64,000 nucleotides of DNA from Oopsacas minuta. Its lineage: Eukaryota; Animalia; Porifera. Both the position numbers and the translations under genes were made by a program. The stretch is taken from NCBI GenBank assembly GCA_024704765.1, contig JAKMXF010000343.1, forward strand, positions 911,095 to 975,094. Reading direction: 5' to 3'. Below, piece by piece: positions 1-11,968 of the stretch; position 1 is the first letter of the stretch, and every line of letters begins with the position of its first letter. Below the pieces are notes generated by a model that was given only the letters and a program-made list of their open reading frames with translations, made no database searches and had not been told where the DNA came from.

Positions 1-464
1 CCCTTGGCTGTCCGCTGGTATTCTGCAGGTAGAACCAACTCTGCTAGGGCGGTAGGCTGCACTGGAGCTGATAATACACTTGCACGCTGACGCTGTATCG
101 TCCGCTTCAGGCTGTCCAGCTTAGGTAGTTTAGCGGCAGTACCCTCTGATGCTGTTAGCATACCCTCACCGATTATGTGGTGTGAGTTATCCTGTGTGTC
201 TCGTGCTTTCCTCTTGATGCTGGCCTTTATCTCACAGCAGGCCGTAGCCTGCACATCAGGTACATGCAGATGCTCATTCGTACGCTTCACTATCTCTATT
301 CCCTTCGTATGAACCCTTGCTTTACACTCTCCTCTCTGCTCACACTGCCAATGTGTCATTTCTCCAACTCTCCTATGCATCAAGTATACGTATCCTCCTT
401 CTAACAGCTTTTGTCCTCCCTTATTTGTTCTGATCAGCCTGAAGGAGGGCTGATCAGGGTCCAT
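1..464 (-). CDS. 5' part of a FLYWCH-MULE (Mutator-like) transposase, running off the window start
   Basis: Manual translation from ATG at 464 is open to base 1: MDPDQPSFRLIRTNKGGQKLLEGGYVYLMHRRVGEMTHWQCEQRGECKARVHTKG...LPKLDSLKRTIQRQRAS. FLYWCH-like motif; close paralog of the 21313 ORF. Confidence 0.85.
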   Translation of the reverse strand, partial: MDPDQPSFRLIRTNKGGQKLLEGGYVYLMHRRVGEMTHWQCEQRGECKARVHTKGIEIVKRTNEHLHVPDVQATACCEIKASIKRKARDTQDNSHHIIGEGMLTASEGTAAKLPKLDSLKRTIQRQRASVLSAPVQPTALAELVLPAEYQRTAK

Positions 465-570
465 TGATAAATCACGAGTTGTTAAAAAGATATAAAAATA
501 TGGCAAATAATATTTAGCTGATAGTGCAAGCTGAAAATAATACAATTGCAACATTTAAATAGAACTACAA

Positions 571-716
571 AGGTGACTCCATGTTTACTGGCAAACAACA
601 ATTAATTTCGCATCTTCTCCTTCAAAGGAATTAATTTCGCATCTTATAAAGGTGACTCCATGTTTGCTGGCAAATATACAATTAATTTCGCATCTTCTCC
701 ATCAAAGGAATTAATT
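571..716. repeat. Imperfect ~78-bp tandem duplication inside the MULE 5' region
   Basis: AAGGTGACTCCATGTTT..GGCAAA..CAATTAATTTCGCATCTTCTCC.TCAAAGGAATTAATT at 571 and 649. Confidence 0.8.
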
Positions 717-939
717 ACTACGTGTGCATTCCTAATATAAATTCGTTACCTTTACTATAAATCATCTTACCTCACTTTGCTAACACAGAACTTCTATATT
801 TAGGTTTACGCTATCAAAACTGTAACATTAGATTCTTCTGAAATCATTCATCCCAAATTAATTGATTATATTTGCAATATTATTTAGCCATTTAAAACCT
901 GTTAAATTATTAACAAAAAAAATTGACCAATCAAAAGTG

Positions 940-1410
940 GAGCGAAATGTCGTGGAACGTTTTGTCGCTGGAACATTTTGTCGTGGGACATTTTGTCGCT
1001 GGAACATTTTGTCTGGAACATTTTGTCGTGGAACATTTTGTCGTGGAACGTTTTGTCGGTATCCGNAGGAATTAATTACTACGTGTGCATTCCTAATATA
1101 AATTCGTTACCTTTACTATAAATCATCTTACCTCACTTTGCTAACACAGAACTTCTATATTTAGGTTTACGCTATCAAAACTGTAACATCAGATTCTTCT
1201 GAAATCATTCATCCCAAATTAATTGATTATATTTGCAATATTATTTAGCCATTTAAAACCTGTTAAATTATTAACAAAAAAAATTGACCAATCAAAAGTG
1301 GAGCGAAATGTCGTGGAACGTTTTGTCGCTGGAACATTTTGTCGTGGAACATTTTGTCTGGAACATTTTGTCGTGGAACATTTTGTCGTGGAACGTTTTG
1401 TCGGTATCCG
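940..1410. repeat. MULE terminal/subterminal repeat array (GGAACATTTTGTCG(T/C)T units) ending TTGTCGGTATCCG; present twice because 706-1065 is duplicated across the N
   Basis: Tandem ~14-16 bp units at 948-1065 and 1305-1410. The terminal motif resembles the MULE ends at 20930 and 25256. Confidence 0.75.
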
Positions 1411-1840
1411 TCCAACACGACGGTGCTCCTGCCCATACAGCAAACAGTACTCAGGAATGGCTTCAGACAAATATTCCTGACTTTATCTCAAATGTAGAAT
1501 GGCCGCCGTCTAGCCCAGACCTCAACCCTCTAGATTTCTCAGTGTGGTCCATTTAGAGTCAAGTGCTTTCTCGAAGTCCCATAACAGTATTCAGTCTCTA
1601 AAGCAATCTCTGACAAGAAAATGGGCAAAAATCCCACAGGAGATGCTGCGTACCGCAGTGTGGGCAGTCTCCAGGCGTCTGAAGGTTGTTATCAAAAAGA
1701 AAGGCGGATACATAGAATAGAGATTATGCACAATAAACTCATAATGCCTAACTCCTCATGCTATAATATCAACTCTATATAATGAATATTGGTTAAATTA
1801 TAATAGTTTTTCTATGTGCCAGAACTTATTGGCCACCATG
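1411..1840 (+). mobile_element. 3' fragment of a DD37D (maT) Tc1/mariner element, truncated at the MULE end
   Basis: QHDGAPAH...WPPSSPDLNPLDFSVW has 37 residues between the 2nd and 3rd Asp. Right TIR ...AGAACTTATTGGCCACCATG followed by TA at 1841. Confidence 0.85.
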
Positions 1841-1857
1841 TATATTGTGTATTTAAC

Positions 1858-2555
1858 TCTATAATACTAAATCTCAATTGTACTCTGTCTGTCTGTTTAT
1901 CGGTTGTCAAGGAAAGGATTTACGGTATGCAAAGTTGTTATAGTCGCATAAGTATGTATTTATCGTGTTTATCAAGGAAGTAAATAGAATTCAATAAAAC
2001 TTCACAAAATATATTGAACATGCTGAATCCGATTTTCACACTTTTGGATTAATCATATGTAAATTTATTGTTGTTTTTATGAATATATAGTAAACAAATT
2101 ATCTAAATCTCAAAAGATACATACTGGCTTGCTCTAAACAGCTATACATTGGTAACACAGTGCGCTGAATCCGAAGATCGTATTTTCAAGTTTCTATTTG
2201 TAAATTTTTGGTTGTTTTATGAATATAAAGTAAACAAATTTCAAATTTGAGGTAGAATCATACTTTCAACGACTATCCTGGGGTATTCGAGTATGCTGAG
2301 TCCGAATATGATATGGTAAACAATATATTGTGAATATTTGTTTACTTTTAGGTACATAAAGTGAACAATTTTATAATTGAGGTAGAATCATACTTTTAGC
2401 GACTATACTGGCATACTCGATTATGCTGAGTCCGAGAATTGTAAACAACATCAATATTTTTAAATCTCAATTGTTTTTTGTCTGTTTATTTGTCTGTTGA
2501 ATACCTCGAGGCGCAATGCGCTGAATTCATCTCGAAGTGACGAGCCAAAGGCTAG
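1858..2555 (+). mobile_element. Non-autonomous Helitron-like element with internal ~130-bp tandem units
   Basis: 5' TCTATAATACTAAA followed by (TCTG)n; 3' hairpin GCGCAATGCGC (2511-2521) and CTAG|T end at 2552-2556. GCTGA(A/G)TCCGA units recur at ~2022, 2163, 2294 and 2424. Homologous to 44083-44465. Confidence 0.6.
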
Positions 2556-2908
2556 TTATAGATAAATTAATATTGGAGAAACGACGGAAATGATGAAGTT
2601 CTAGGCTCTTATGACAAAAGCGAATATCTGATCCAGTGATACCAGAAATAGCCTGTTCTACAGACAATTGGATGCGAAAACTTACAAATTACCTTGTATT
2701 TGAGATTATGATGCAATATTTTTGTTATACCAAATATATATCTGGAATATAATAAAGTAAATATATACTTTTTCCAGGCCTAATGGGTCGTTTACATCGC
2801 ATGCCACCCATTTTACTACCAGCTGTTATCCGCCCAAAAATTGAATATATATCACACAATGTAAGGTCATAATATACTTGACAATTTACAATACTATAAT
2901 GGATAATA

Positions 2909-3600
2909 TTATACGACAACTAGGCGAAAATATTTTGAATTTTCTTCCAATATATTTATGTGAATCTTAATTATCAATAGTTGTCTGTTTAATGATATTA
3001 GGCATGGCTGAACGTACACTTTGAAAAGATAGGCTGAACAGGGGGACTTGGAGCGGGTATCTGAGTTAACCTCCCCTGGGAACTTATTTAGGAATCTTAC
3101 TCGTGAGTGGGAATTATTTAAATATAGTAGTATTGACATTTAGTCTGAATCAATTTTTAGGAATAGTCGATTAGCAGAATACCTGATAACTGGTGCTCTA
3201 GCCGCCGCTGCAGTTGCGCAGCGTGCTAAGGTCTGAGCAGTAGCATTGCTGGAGAGGGAGAGACACTCCAGAGAAATTTATGAGGAGATCCCGGTCAACG
3301 TGACACTGGTAGAGGCGGATCTAAGTATGTCAGGGTCCAAACCTTAGACTGCGGGCTTGGGTATGGCCTAAGTGCTCATCCGCTAAGTCTTGTTGCCGTT
3401 TGTGGGAGGGAGGACTGCTTTCAGGTCCTTAATAGACAGATTAGGTCCATTACTTGATGTATCTATGTTTTAGGAGTATTATGACTTCCAGACACGAGGA
3501 AAACCTTTTGATTTGCTCATAGTGCATTGACTTCTGGGCGAGGCATCTCAAAAAATATTATCGATAGAGGGTGGATCTTGAATTAGAATTATTCTATATC
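2909..3600 (-). pseudogene. Possible highly decayed non-LTR retrotransposon RT remnant
   Basis: RVRFLNKFPGEVNSDTRSKSPCSAYLFKVYVQP loosely resembles the RT QG.PLSP.LF..Y motif. Upstream LRPYPSPQSKVW loosely resembles RPISL..SKV. Weak. Confidence 0.3.
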
Positions 3601-3893
3601 ATTGAGGGATTCTAGTGTATGAAACAGGTTATCATAAATAATCCAAACTGAGTGATATAAAATCAATGTACTAAAAAGAAGTTAGTATAGTTGAAAAATA
3701 CTGAATATAATTGAAAATGTGTGATACCAAAAATTGTATTTGCTAAAATCATTGTATTTTATACACTATTATCTTCTAGTAGTCTTAGTCAAAGATACAA
3801 TATTTGGCACCAACCTTCTAAGATAATATAGATATGCTCTACAATAATTGTATAGGATTCATATATAGCCCATTTTTAACTTGGTAATAACTA

Positions 3894-5205
3894 CAGGGTG
3901 TCTAGTAAGTTCTGTTATATGTCAATTCCCCAATAATTTCAAATTTATCCATTATAAACCCATGAAACCTTCTATTTTCTTAGGACTTATGTTCCTAATT
4001 ACACATTACAAATATCATTCAATATAGCCTCCCTTTTTATGAATTACGGAAGTTAGTCTGCTCCGAAACTGATGGACAGCTTTTCGCAGTTCCTCCCGTG
4101 GGATTTTCTGCCATCCACTCAACACACTAACTTTGAGGGACTCCAAACTCTTGTGAGATTTCGCACAGGCCCTTCTCTCCAAGTTTGCCCAAACAGAATA
4201 GTGGAGTGGGTTTAAATCTGGGCTTGATGGTGACCATTCATCCTTACTTATGAAATCGATATTTTGCTCTCGGAACCAACCCTGGGATACTTTTGAAGCA
4301 TGTGCAGGCGCAAGGCTTGTTGGTAAATCCAAGGATGGTTTTGAAAGAGCTTCTCACCAGCAGACGCAATTTCAGGCTCCAAGACCAGCTCTCTGTAGGT
4401 CTGGGAGTTTATTTTCATTCCTTGGGGGACAAAAATCAGGTTTGTCCGTGAGTCTGCCGACACTCCCGCCCATACCATCAGAGAAAGAGGCTTCTGGACT
4501 CTATCAATGTACTTGATGCTAACTGGGATATCCTGACTTCGAGAAGCAAGTATACGGTCGTTTTGACGATTGCTTGCCTCCTCAAAAGTGAACAGCTTCT
4601 CATCTGAGAAGAGAATCTGATCTTCAGTCCCAGAAGCGAATCGGGCTTTTAGTTGTATGCATCTTTTGAGTCGCTTACGATATATGGAGTCGTTAAGATG
4701 GTGTGCGTTTTTCCTCTTATAGGACTTCATTCCTAGGTCCTCTACAACCAATTTCCGTATCGTTTCGTGATTGAACACAGAATTCACGAGACATTTTTCG
4801 CATTGAACGCCGGGGATTTCTCAGGATTCGACATCTAACACTATTCTTCAGGGCTGATGTGCGAGCGGATCTTGGACGACCAATTCGCTTCCTGTCAGAC
4901 ACGCTCCCAGTCTCAATATATCGTTTTATTGTGCGATAGATCAACGTGGGATTGACTTTATCATTTTTTAGCCTTTTTAGAATTTCACTGTTGCTAAACC
5001 CAGATTCGTGGAAAGTGGCAATTTTTGAACGAATTTCTTCTAACATGATTTTCTGGGAAATCATCAACTTGAATGATATATACTTGGTATAATTCGAAAG
5101 AGCGCCAAAAATGCTACAAGAAATTCTAGAAGATTACTTCATAAGTATATTAATAGCTACTGTCTAAGGCGCCAAAATGTATAACAGAACTTATTAGACA
5201 CCCTG
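3894..5205 (-). mobile_element. Full-length DD37D (maT) element, catalytically dead
   Basis: TIRs CAGGGTGTCTAGTAAGTTCTGTTATA / TATAACAGAACTTATTAGACACCCTG; TA TSD at 3892 and 5206. Transposase split over ORFs 4717-5067, 4248-4787 and 4015-4332; 2nd Asp appears mutated to Ala and 3rd Asp to His (NPLHY). Confidence 0.93.
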
Positions 5206-5422
5206 TACATAGATACATGACATCAAGAGAAAAATCTTAATGAGATAAATTATTCCCACACTGAATAATGTGCAAAAACACCATAAAAATATGGGGTTAT
5301 CGGATGTTAATTTTCGCTAGTGAATCTCCTGAAGTTTATTTCCTGAGAGACACGTCATATCCGAGTTCTACAGTAATTTGCACTCTCTGTTTTAATATTA
5401 TTCCACTTGCTACTATTGAAAC

Positions 5423-5563
5423 TACAGTCTATCTTGGCTAAAACTATAATCAGGACGCTGGCTAAAATGTGGCCCTTATGTGTAGGTGTCTCCAATAGAG
5501 GTCGCTACTATTGAAAATTGTTCCTGCTGGACTCTAAGTAGCCGTTCAGCAGGTTTCGCTGTA
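5423..5563. mobile_element. Tigger/pogo-like MITE
   Basis: TACAGTC...AGGTTTCGCTGTA termini; similar architecture at 53458-53564. Confidence 0.45.
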
Positions 5564-6350
5564 CTGCACTGTAAGTCAACTAATAGTGGAGAACGAAGAA
5601 TATACAATTGCAATCAAGTCAAACAATTAATATAATCATTTATGTTCTTAATCTATAAATTATGTACATCTAGTACTGGATTGCTAATGAATTGTGGATT
5701 TACCATTAAAATATAAAAATGTGTTAATTTTGTTTCGGCATGATTGTCCTTTATCATCAATGTATAAAAATGAGAGATTAGACACTTAGAATGCTTTAGA
5801 ATATCACAAAATATCAAATAATTGTATATAAGGTAATATACCAATTATTGAAATTTTATTAGTCCAGGGTAATTGCTATCCGTGTTCCAAAATTTGAATA
5901 GAATGCCACTGCCTTAATGTATAGAATTCTATGGTATATATAAGTTTATATGTCCATAATTTACTGAAGAAACTGGAAGTCCCTCCAGTGCCGATTTAGC
6001 ATACGAGCGAATTTTGGCAATTGTTTGGACTAGTTCGTTGCTTGGAGCAGAGTTCAGACCTATACGAAATATAACGTAATTGTTACCTTTTTTTGGAATT
6101 TCGAAAATCACATTATTAGCCACCCCTCAAAATCATAAATGTCCTCTCTTCGTCACTTTGACCAAATGCTACAAATCTTGGAATATAACGTCATCATGAA
6201 TTTACAAAAAACAAAAGTATTCCAAATTCGCAAATTTTGAGAATTTCTTAATATCTGAGTTACGAAGTGCCGAGATTACTAACCATAAGCCACGAACTAG
6301 CTCTAGTAACCTAAATATGACTCCCTGACTCCCTGTATAGATGCCGCAAT

Positions 6351-6761
6351 CAGGTTTGTTAAAAGGTCCTACATAGTCTGATCAAGTCTGGTCTCAAGAT
6401 TGATCAGATTATTTTCTGGTCATTTTCAAGTTATTTCTCAATCAATTGAGCGCAATTAATCAACTTAGGAATGGAGAAACAATCACTAATAGATGGATGG
6501 ATATACTGTCAGTTATACTCAGTATGTATTTTGAAGACAGCCTATAACATTGAAGATATATCATACTCGAAACTAGTTGACCGTATTATAGAAGTACTCC
6601 AATTCAATTTACGAATAGATAAATGATGGGATTAGCAAGGTAAGATTATCAGAGGAGAAAGAATACCGCAAATTCCCTGAATCCCGAGCTGAATATACTA
6701 TGAATGACCTGCAAATGACCTGTAAATGACGAAAAACTGACCTGGCCATTTGACAAGCCTG
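6351..6761. mobile_element. hAT-derived MITE (family shared with 36173-36592)
   Basis: TIRs CAGGTTTGTTAAA / TTTGACAAGCCTG; 8-bp TSD GCCGCAAT / GCTGCAAT (7/8). Internal sequence is similar to the 36173 copy. Confidence 0.8.
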
Positions 6762-6779
6762 GCTGCAATGCACCAGAAC

Positions 6780-8895
6780 CCGACTGAATTTGGGCTTCTG
6801 GATCAAATAAATATTTCCGGATATTTCAATGTTTATCGTCCCCTACTGAAATTCATGTTTTTCCTCAAATCTAAAGGATAAAATGTTAAATAATTATCAT
6901 TGAATAACATCAGAAACGAAATCTCTAGCATCAATTTGAAATAATCGCAAAAAGTGTGAAAATAAGATTAATCAGATGATATGTCATTTATAGGGTGGCC
7001 CATAAGTTCTGTCCCACAGATAAAAGGCCATAATTTTGGCAAAACTCAATGAAATGACTTAAAATCTTAACACAATAACGTACACATTATTTGGATAATA
7101 ATTTATTATGCTTATTCAATATATCCACCTTTTTCTTAATTACACCCTAAGTCGTGAAAGAACCGCCTCTACTGCCATTCACATGGTTTCCTGGAGGATT
7201 TCACTTCAAGTACGTATTATTGATCGCTTCAGGGCCTCCAAATTTTCTGGGATTTACAACAAGCCTTTGTTTGTAATATAGACTAAATTGAGAAGTCTAG
7301 AGGGTTAAGGTCCGGACTAGATAGAGGCCATTCCTGTTTGGAAATACAGTCAGGAATTTCGGAGTGAAGCCAGGTTTAGTGGTATTTGCTGTATGAGCAG
7401 GGGCACCGTCTTGTTGGAACAAAAAGGATTCATTGTTAAACATATACTTGCTAGGATCTTTGACTATAGGCTTTAGAACAAGGTTTTGGTATGTTTGATC
7501 ATACATTATTACCCTAGTTGGGATGAAAACTATCGGACTCCGGCTAAGTGAGGATATTCCATCCCAAACCATAACAGAAAATAGTTTCTGTAGTCTTTTT
7601 ACATATCTGTACTCCTCAGGGATGGTAGACGCTGTAGGAGACAATATTCTGTCGTTTTGTTGATTATAAGCTTCCTCTATCGTAAATAATTTCTCATCTG
7701 AGAACAGGACATGATCAATACCTTGGATATCGAACCTGTCAATGAGGCCTTTGCTCTCCTCAGCCTCTTCTCCTTCATTACCTTTGACCTATAGTGTACT
7801 TTACATTTTGTAAATGAGGATAAAACCAGCTCTCTTTTGGCAATTCTTTGGAGGGAAGAACGAGATACTTTGAGCTCTGCAGCCATTTTTTAACCGATCA
7901 ACTGGGATTTCGCCATACACGACCTCTTACGATCTTCCTCATCCTTGGTGTCATGACAAATGCGGTACGACCAGATCTGGGCTTGTCAGAGACGCTGTCA
8001 GTATCCTTATACCTATTAATGGTACGGTATACAACTTTCGCCTCGTTTTAGGAATATTGAGAATCTCGTAATTTCACTTTGATCTTTCCTTTTTTGAAAT
8101 ATTTCGATAATTGTCAACCTTTCCGTTCCCATCGAGGAATTTGTCTAGATAAACTGAGATGTTAAGATGAACAGTTTAGAATACTTATAAGACTATATAG
8201 AAGCTTGAAAAGCAAAACCAATTTCCTAGCTTTACCATAAAATCTATAGTCATGTATTAAAGTATGGGACAGAACTTATGGGCCACCCTGTAGATATGGA
8301 ATTGAAAGTGTGAAATTTGAAATCTACATACTCAACCACGCCTGAGTAGTTAATAAAACGAAATATTTAGCATGATTTGAAAAATATACAAAAAGGTGTA
8401 AAATATGATTAATCATATGATCAATCTATCAAACATAGATTTGAAAATGTCAGGATTGAAATCTACATACTCGATTACCTCTGAATAGCAGTTAAATAGA
8501 AATCTCCAGCGTCATTAGAATAGTAAGCCAAAATGTGTGAAATTTGATTATTGATATGATAAATCTGTGAATTTTCAACTTTCATACTCTGAATATCTCA
8601 AAATCGGAATCTACGTACCAATTTCCCTCTAACAGCATGTTGAAACCTAATTTCTTGCTTGTTTTGTATGTCATAGAAAGTTTTGAAAATATGGTTGATC
8701 ACCAAAAGGGTGTGAAATATTCACTTAGCAAGAAATCTTATTTGAGGTGCTAATCTCCGACTTAAAATGTATATGTATACAAATTTTCATAAAAATCTTT
8801 AAGATTTCGTACGGCAGGGCAAACGTACGTACATAAGGACGTCAAACAGCGTCCATGCAATTACTGCATCTCCCTATCGTAGCTGCACTAAAAAT
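6780..8895. repeat. Non-autonomous element with 120-140 bp tandem units (HINE/Helentron-like), interrupted by the 6991-8290 maT
   Basis: The same unit (GAAATCTACATACTC; AAAAGGTGTAAAATAT..TTAATCA.ATGAT) occurs on both sides of the maT (6905-6990, 8293-8720) and at 27890-28040. Terminal hairpin TGCATCT...AGCTGCA near 8865-8890. Confidence 0.45.
6991..8290 (-). mobile_element. Full-length DD37D (maT) element, frameshifted
   Basis: TIRs (T)AGGGTGGCCCATAAGTTCTGTCCCA / TGGGACAGAACTTATGGGCCACCCTG; TA TSD. FQQDGAPAH and WPLSSPDLNPLDF motifs; ORFs 7297-7644 and 7677-7886. Confidence 0.92.
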
Positions 8896-9799
8896 GTAAA
8901 TATAATAAATATTCTGGGATCCAAATGCTGAGAATTTCACGCGCTGAATGGAATCTGGCAGCCATTAATGAAATTTTTGGCCGTCTGGGGCGGTATTAAA
9001 AATCATATCTTAAAGACAAAACTATGAGGTATCATAAAATATCGCTAAACACCTGCACATACTGCACACTATAATTTTATGCGCTAAATTGGCAGTTTTC
9101 ATTATGTCCGATCATATTTCTTTCTGAAGTAGTGTCACAATAAAAATTCAGCTTTTAGAGTTATGTAAGTTCGCAATTTTGGAATAATAGGTTACAGCTG
9201 GCATATTCTAAAAGGGAACACCATTATCAAGTTTAAAACACTATGTAGTAATACTGTTTCAGATTTTGAATAGAATGGAAATTTCGTGGCTGAAACTTTC
9301 AATAATATTATTCAATATTGATTATATAATTTCGTTACGCACTATTTGAATAATTTTAGTCCTATACCATATAAATTTTGATTTCTAGATTCTAAACAAG
9401 AATGAATTTGAACAATAATATCATAGATTTCCAAAAACCATGAAAAATATACCTGCTTCCCTCATTATCCATAGTGATATATGCATCCACCTCAATAGAG
9501 ATTCATATTGGCAGCATAAATCAGGTAGGGGTCTATATTATCCTTGATAAAATCTATTGGGGTGCAGAATATTATCATCGTGGAATAAAATTCAGTCAAA
9601 TCATTATTTATAGGGTTTTAATCTTCAGCACCACATTAGATATAAATAGAGGGTGTAATATAATCCCCTCAATTAATCTAACATGGCTAATTAATTGTAC
9701 TACAAGTATGCCCAGTGAAAGATCAGATATAAGTTTCGTTTCAGTCAGACAATTTAGGCAATACAAATCAAAGTAATTAAGTGCTATAACCCAGTGGGT

Positions 9800-11450
9800 A
9801 ATTATTTGAAATCAACAATTTTCAAATATTGATTCGAGCAATAAGGCGTGCATCTTCGTATGTAAAGATACTATTGTCAGTAGTCCGATCAACTAGCACG
9901 GAAAGCAATACATACTACCTATTGGTAACAGACCACAGTTAGTATTCTCAGTTTACTAGGTTCTACTTAACAATAGTTAGATTGTCACTTATTGTTCACT
10001 TTTCAATTGTGGTACTTATCTGTTCCTATCTTGTAGCTTATTAGAATCCTAAATCTTTTCTTGGGGTCACTTAATCAGACTAATAGGCTAATCGCACCTT
10101 AACAATATACTTGATAAACCTGTGAGACCAAGTTAAGTGACATCATTGGGTCTACATCCATTAATTTTTACCAATCATATATTTCTAGCAACACCTACCA
10201 AATTTATCGAATTCTTTCTAGCAAGAATTTACATTGAGATGAGTAATTCTGATTCAATTTCGTAATTCTACGGGTCTGAACTACCCTGGGATAAAATTTT
10301 CGTGATAAACCAAAGTCGCTGAATTATTGAAAAATTCATTTATGTGATTTGAGCTGCACAAATTAATATGCCATACTTTATATCAAATCACAATGTTGCA
10401 AAATTTGATGTATTCACAGCAATGCAAATGTTTCTAACTCCGTTTAGACGAGGCTCAAACAATTTTCACATTTCTCCCCTGGTGGTCCCAATATTCTATT
10501 GATGTTATCCTACTTATGCTACATGTAGCACAATAAGTAATATGTTTTTATCGGAAACACCTTTGTTCCTAAACTTTCGAAATATTAATCCTTGGGTATT
10601 TCAGACCAGTAGAATTCAGAAATTACATCAGAATTAGTCAATCCCATTTGAGATTCGTTTTGGAACCTATTTGATAATTAATGAGGCTACTACTTATTCG
10701 ATTAGCCATATGGTGGAAAAAATATTGATAAATTTAGCCCAATGATGTCTAATAAATGATCAAATGAAGAGAAATTTCATGGTGCTACAAATTTGATTGA
10801 TGACAAGACTTTTAAATATTTGTCAATTAATAGATGTACTATTGAACTTGAACGCATTCTCATCGGAACAATTATTTTCGTTTTGATTCCTTGAAAGGAA
10901 TTCAGACATTTCGAATTTTCGATAATATTTTCAGGTACAGAAGTTACATAGTAAAACTACAATTATAGTAAGCTTAGTAAATACTTAGTCATTTCACGAA
11001 TACTCCGAGTAAACCTTATCTACTGCAATCATTAGTTGATAATGAGTTCCATTATGGTGAATGTATATTTACCCTTTAGAATTTACTGGGGAGACTTCCA
11101 GGGCATCTATTAGCTTCGCACCCTAACAGAAATTACCATCTTCTTACCCCCAATGTCTGAAATAACCAAATATGTTTTTAATTATAAAGCTGCAGCAAAT
11201 ATCTTCACGTCTATACCCCACAAATATACCTCCTTCTATCAGATTTGGTGATGTAGTTTGACACATTTCTATAATTCATTACACTAATTGGAAATTTATA
11301 TGCTATAAATCTATCACATACTTCCTTCATGATATCCTGGTGATATAATACTTTCATAGTCTTTGACCTCTTGTAAATTATTCTCATTACGCTAAACTGT
11401 TGCTCTTTTGAGGAATTAGCCCTGATTGTTGAAATCATTTGGCTTTTCCA
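9800..11450 (-). pseudogene. Decayed multi-domain ORF with OTU-like, PHD-like and Ulp1-like motif remnants (probably TE-borne)
   Basis: Hand translation across frameshifts gives YHQDIMKEVCD, WGIDVKIFAAAL (11185-11220) and IYIHHNGTHYQL (11030-11068), i.e. OTU-like. CDL..KVWH (PHD-like, ~10365-10400). W..INGCRPNDV (~10139-10175) and NCGLL.I (9921-9943) are Ulp1-like. Confidence 0.45.
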
Positions 11451-11968
11451 CAATCATGGTTAATTCCCTGTTAACTTTACACTCTTTACTCACAACTTCT
11501 CTATAAGAGTTTTTCCGAGACATTAAACTAGAAAATAACTTACCAAATTATAAAACTTATATATAATAAATCTACTTCTCTTACTCATATGCCATTCGTT
11601 TATACAATCTTGATTCTCAACCCGCACTCTCTTCTTGGGTTTAAATAATTTATGAGCCAGTGAAGTGAAAGCAAATTTAAATGCGATTTTATCCTTAATA
11701 TTCGAATAACTTTTCTTATACAATCCCTCGCGTCTCTAGGTTCTGAATTAATTTACTATGTTTAACAATTCGAAATCATTTCTCTTCAGTTGCATTACTA
11801 TCAATTGAAATTCTTCCGAAGGATCAGCATTAATATAATCCCACTCAACAAAGGTACTAATGGCATAGAGTATCTAAGAAGAAATTCTATGATTTAGAAC
11901 TTTAAGATATGCTCTTTGGGTGAGGTTTAAGATATTCTCCCTCGTTCAATGGTTTCAGAATTTTCTTA

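Noticed and set aside
706-1410. ~350-bp tandem duplication (706-1065 / 1067-1410)
   Set aside because: The copies are joined by a single N at 1066 and differ by a SNP and one repeat unit, typical of overlapping contig ends or uncollapsed alleles at a scaffold gap.
948-1410. CRISPR-like regular repeats (also 31896-31966 and 61659-61735)
   Set aside because: No unique spacers and no cas genes; the units are contiguous subterminal arrays of MULE ends in eukaryotic DNA.
2151-2162. GGTAA-CACAGTG as left TIR/TSD partner of CACTGTG-GGTAA at 48330-48341
   Set aside because: It lies inside a Helitron-like tandem unit 46 kb away, with no similarity beyond the heptamer; coincidence.
4250-4516. Opposite-strand or alternate-frame ORFs over transposases (also 18532-18900, 21471-21734, 22046-22303, 23093-23350, 39259-39620, 49606-49875, 58103-58618)
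   Set aside because: Shadow ORFs of real or former coding sequence, with no motifs of their own.
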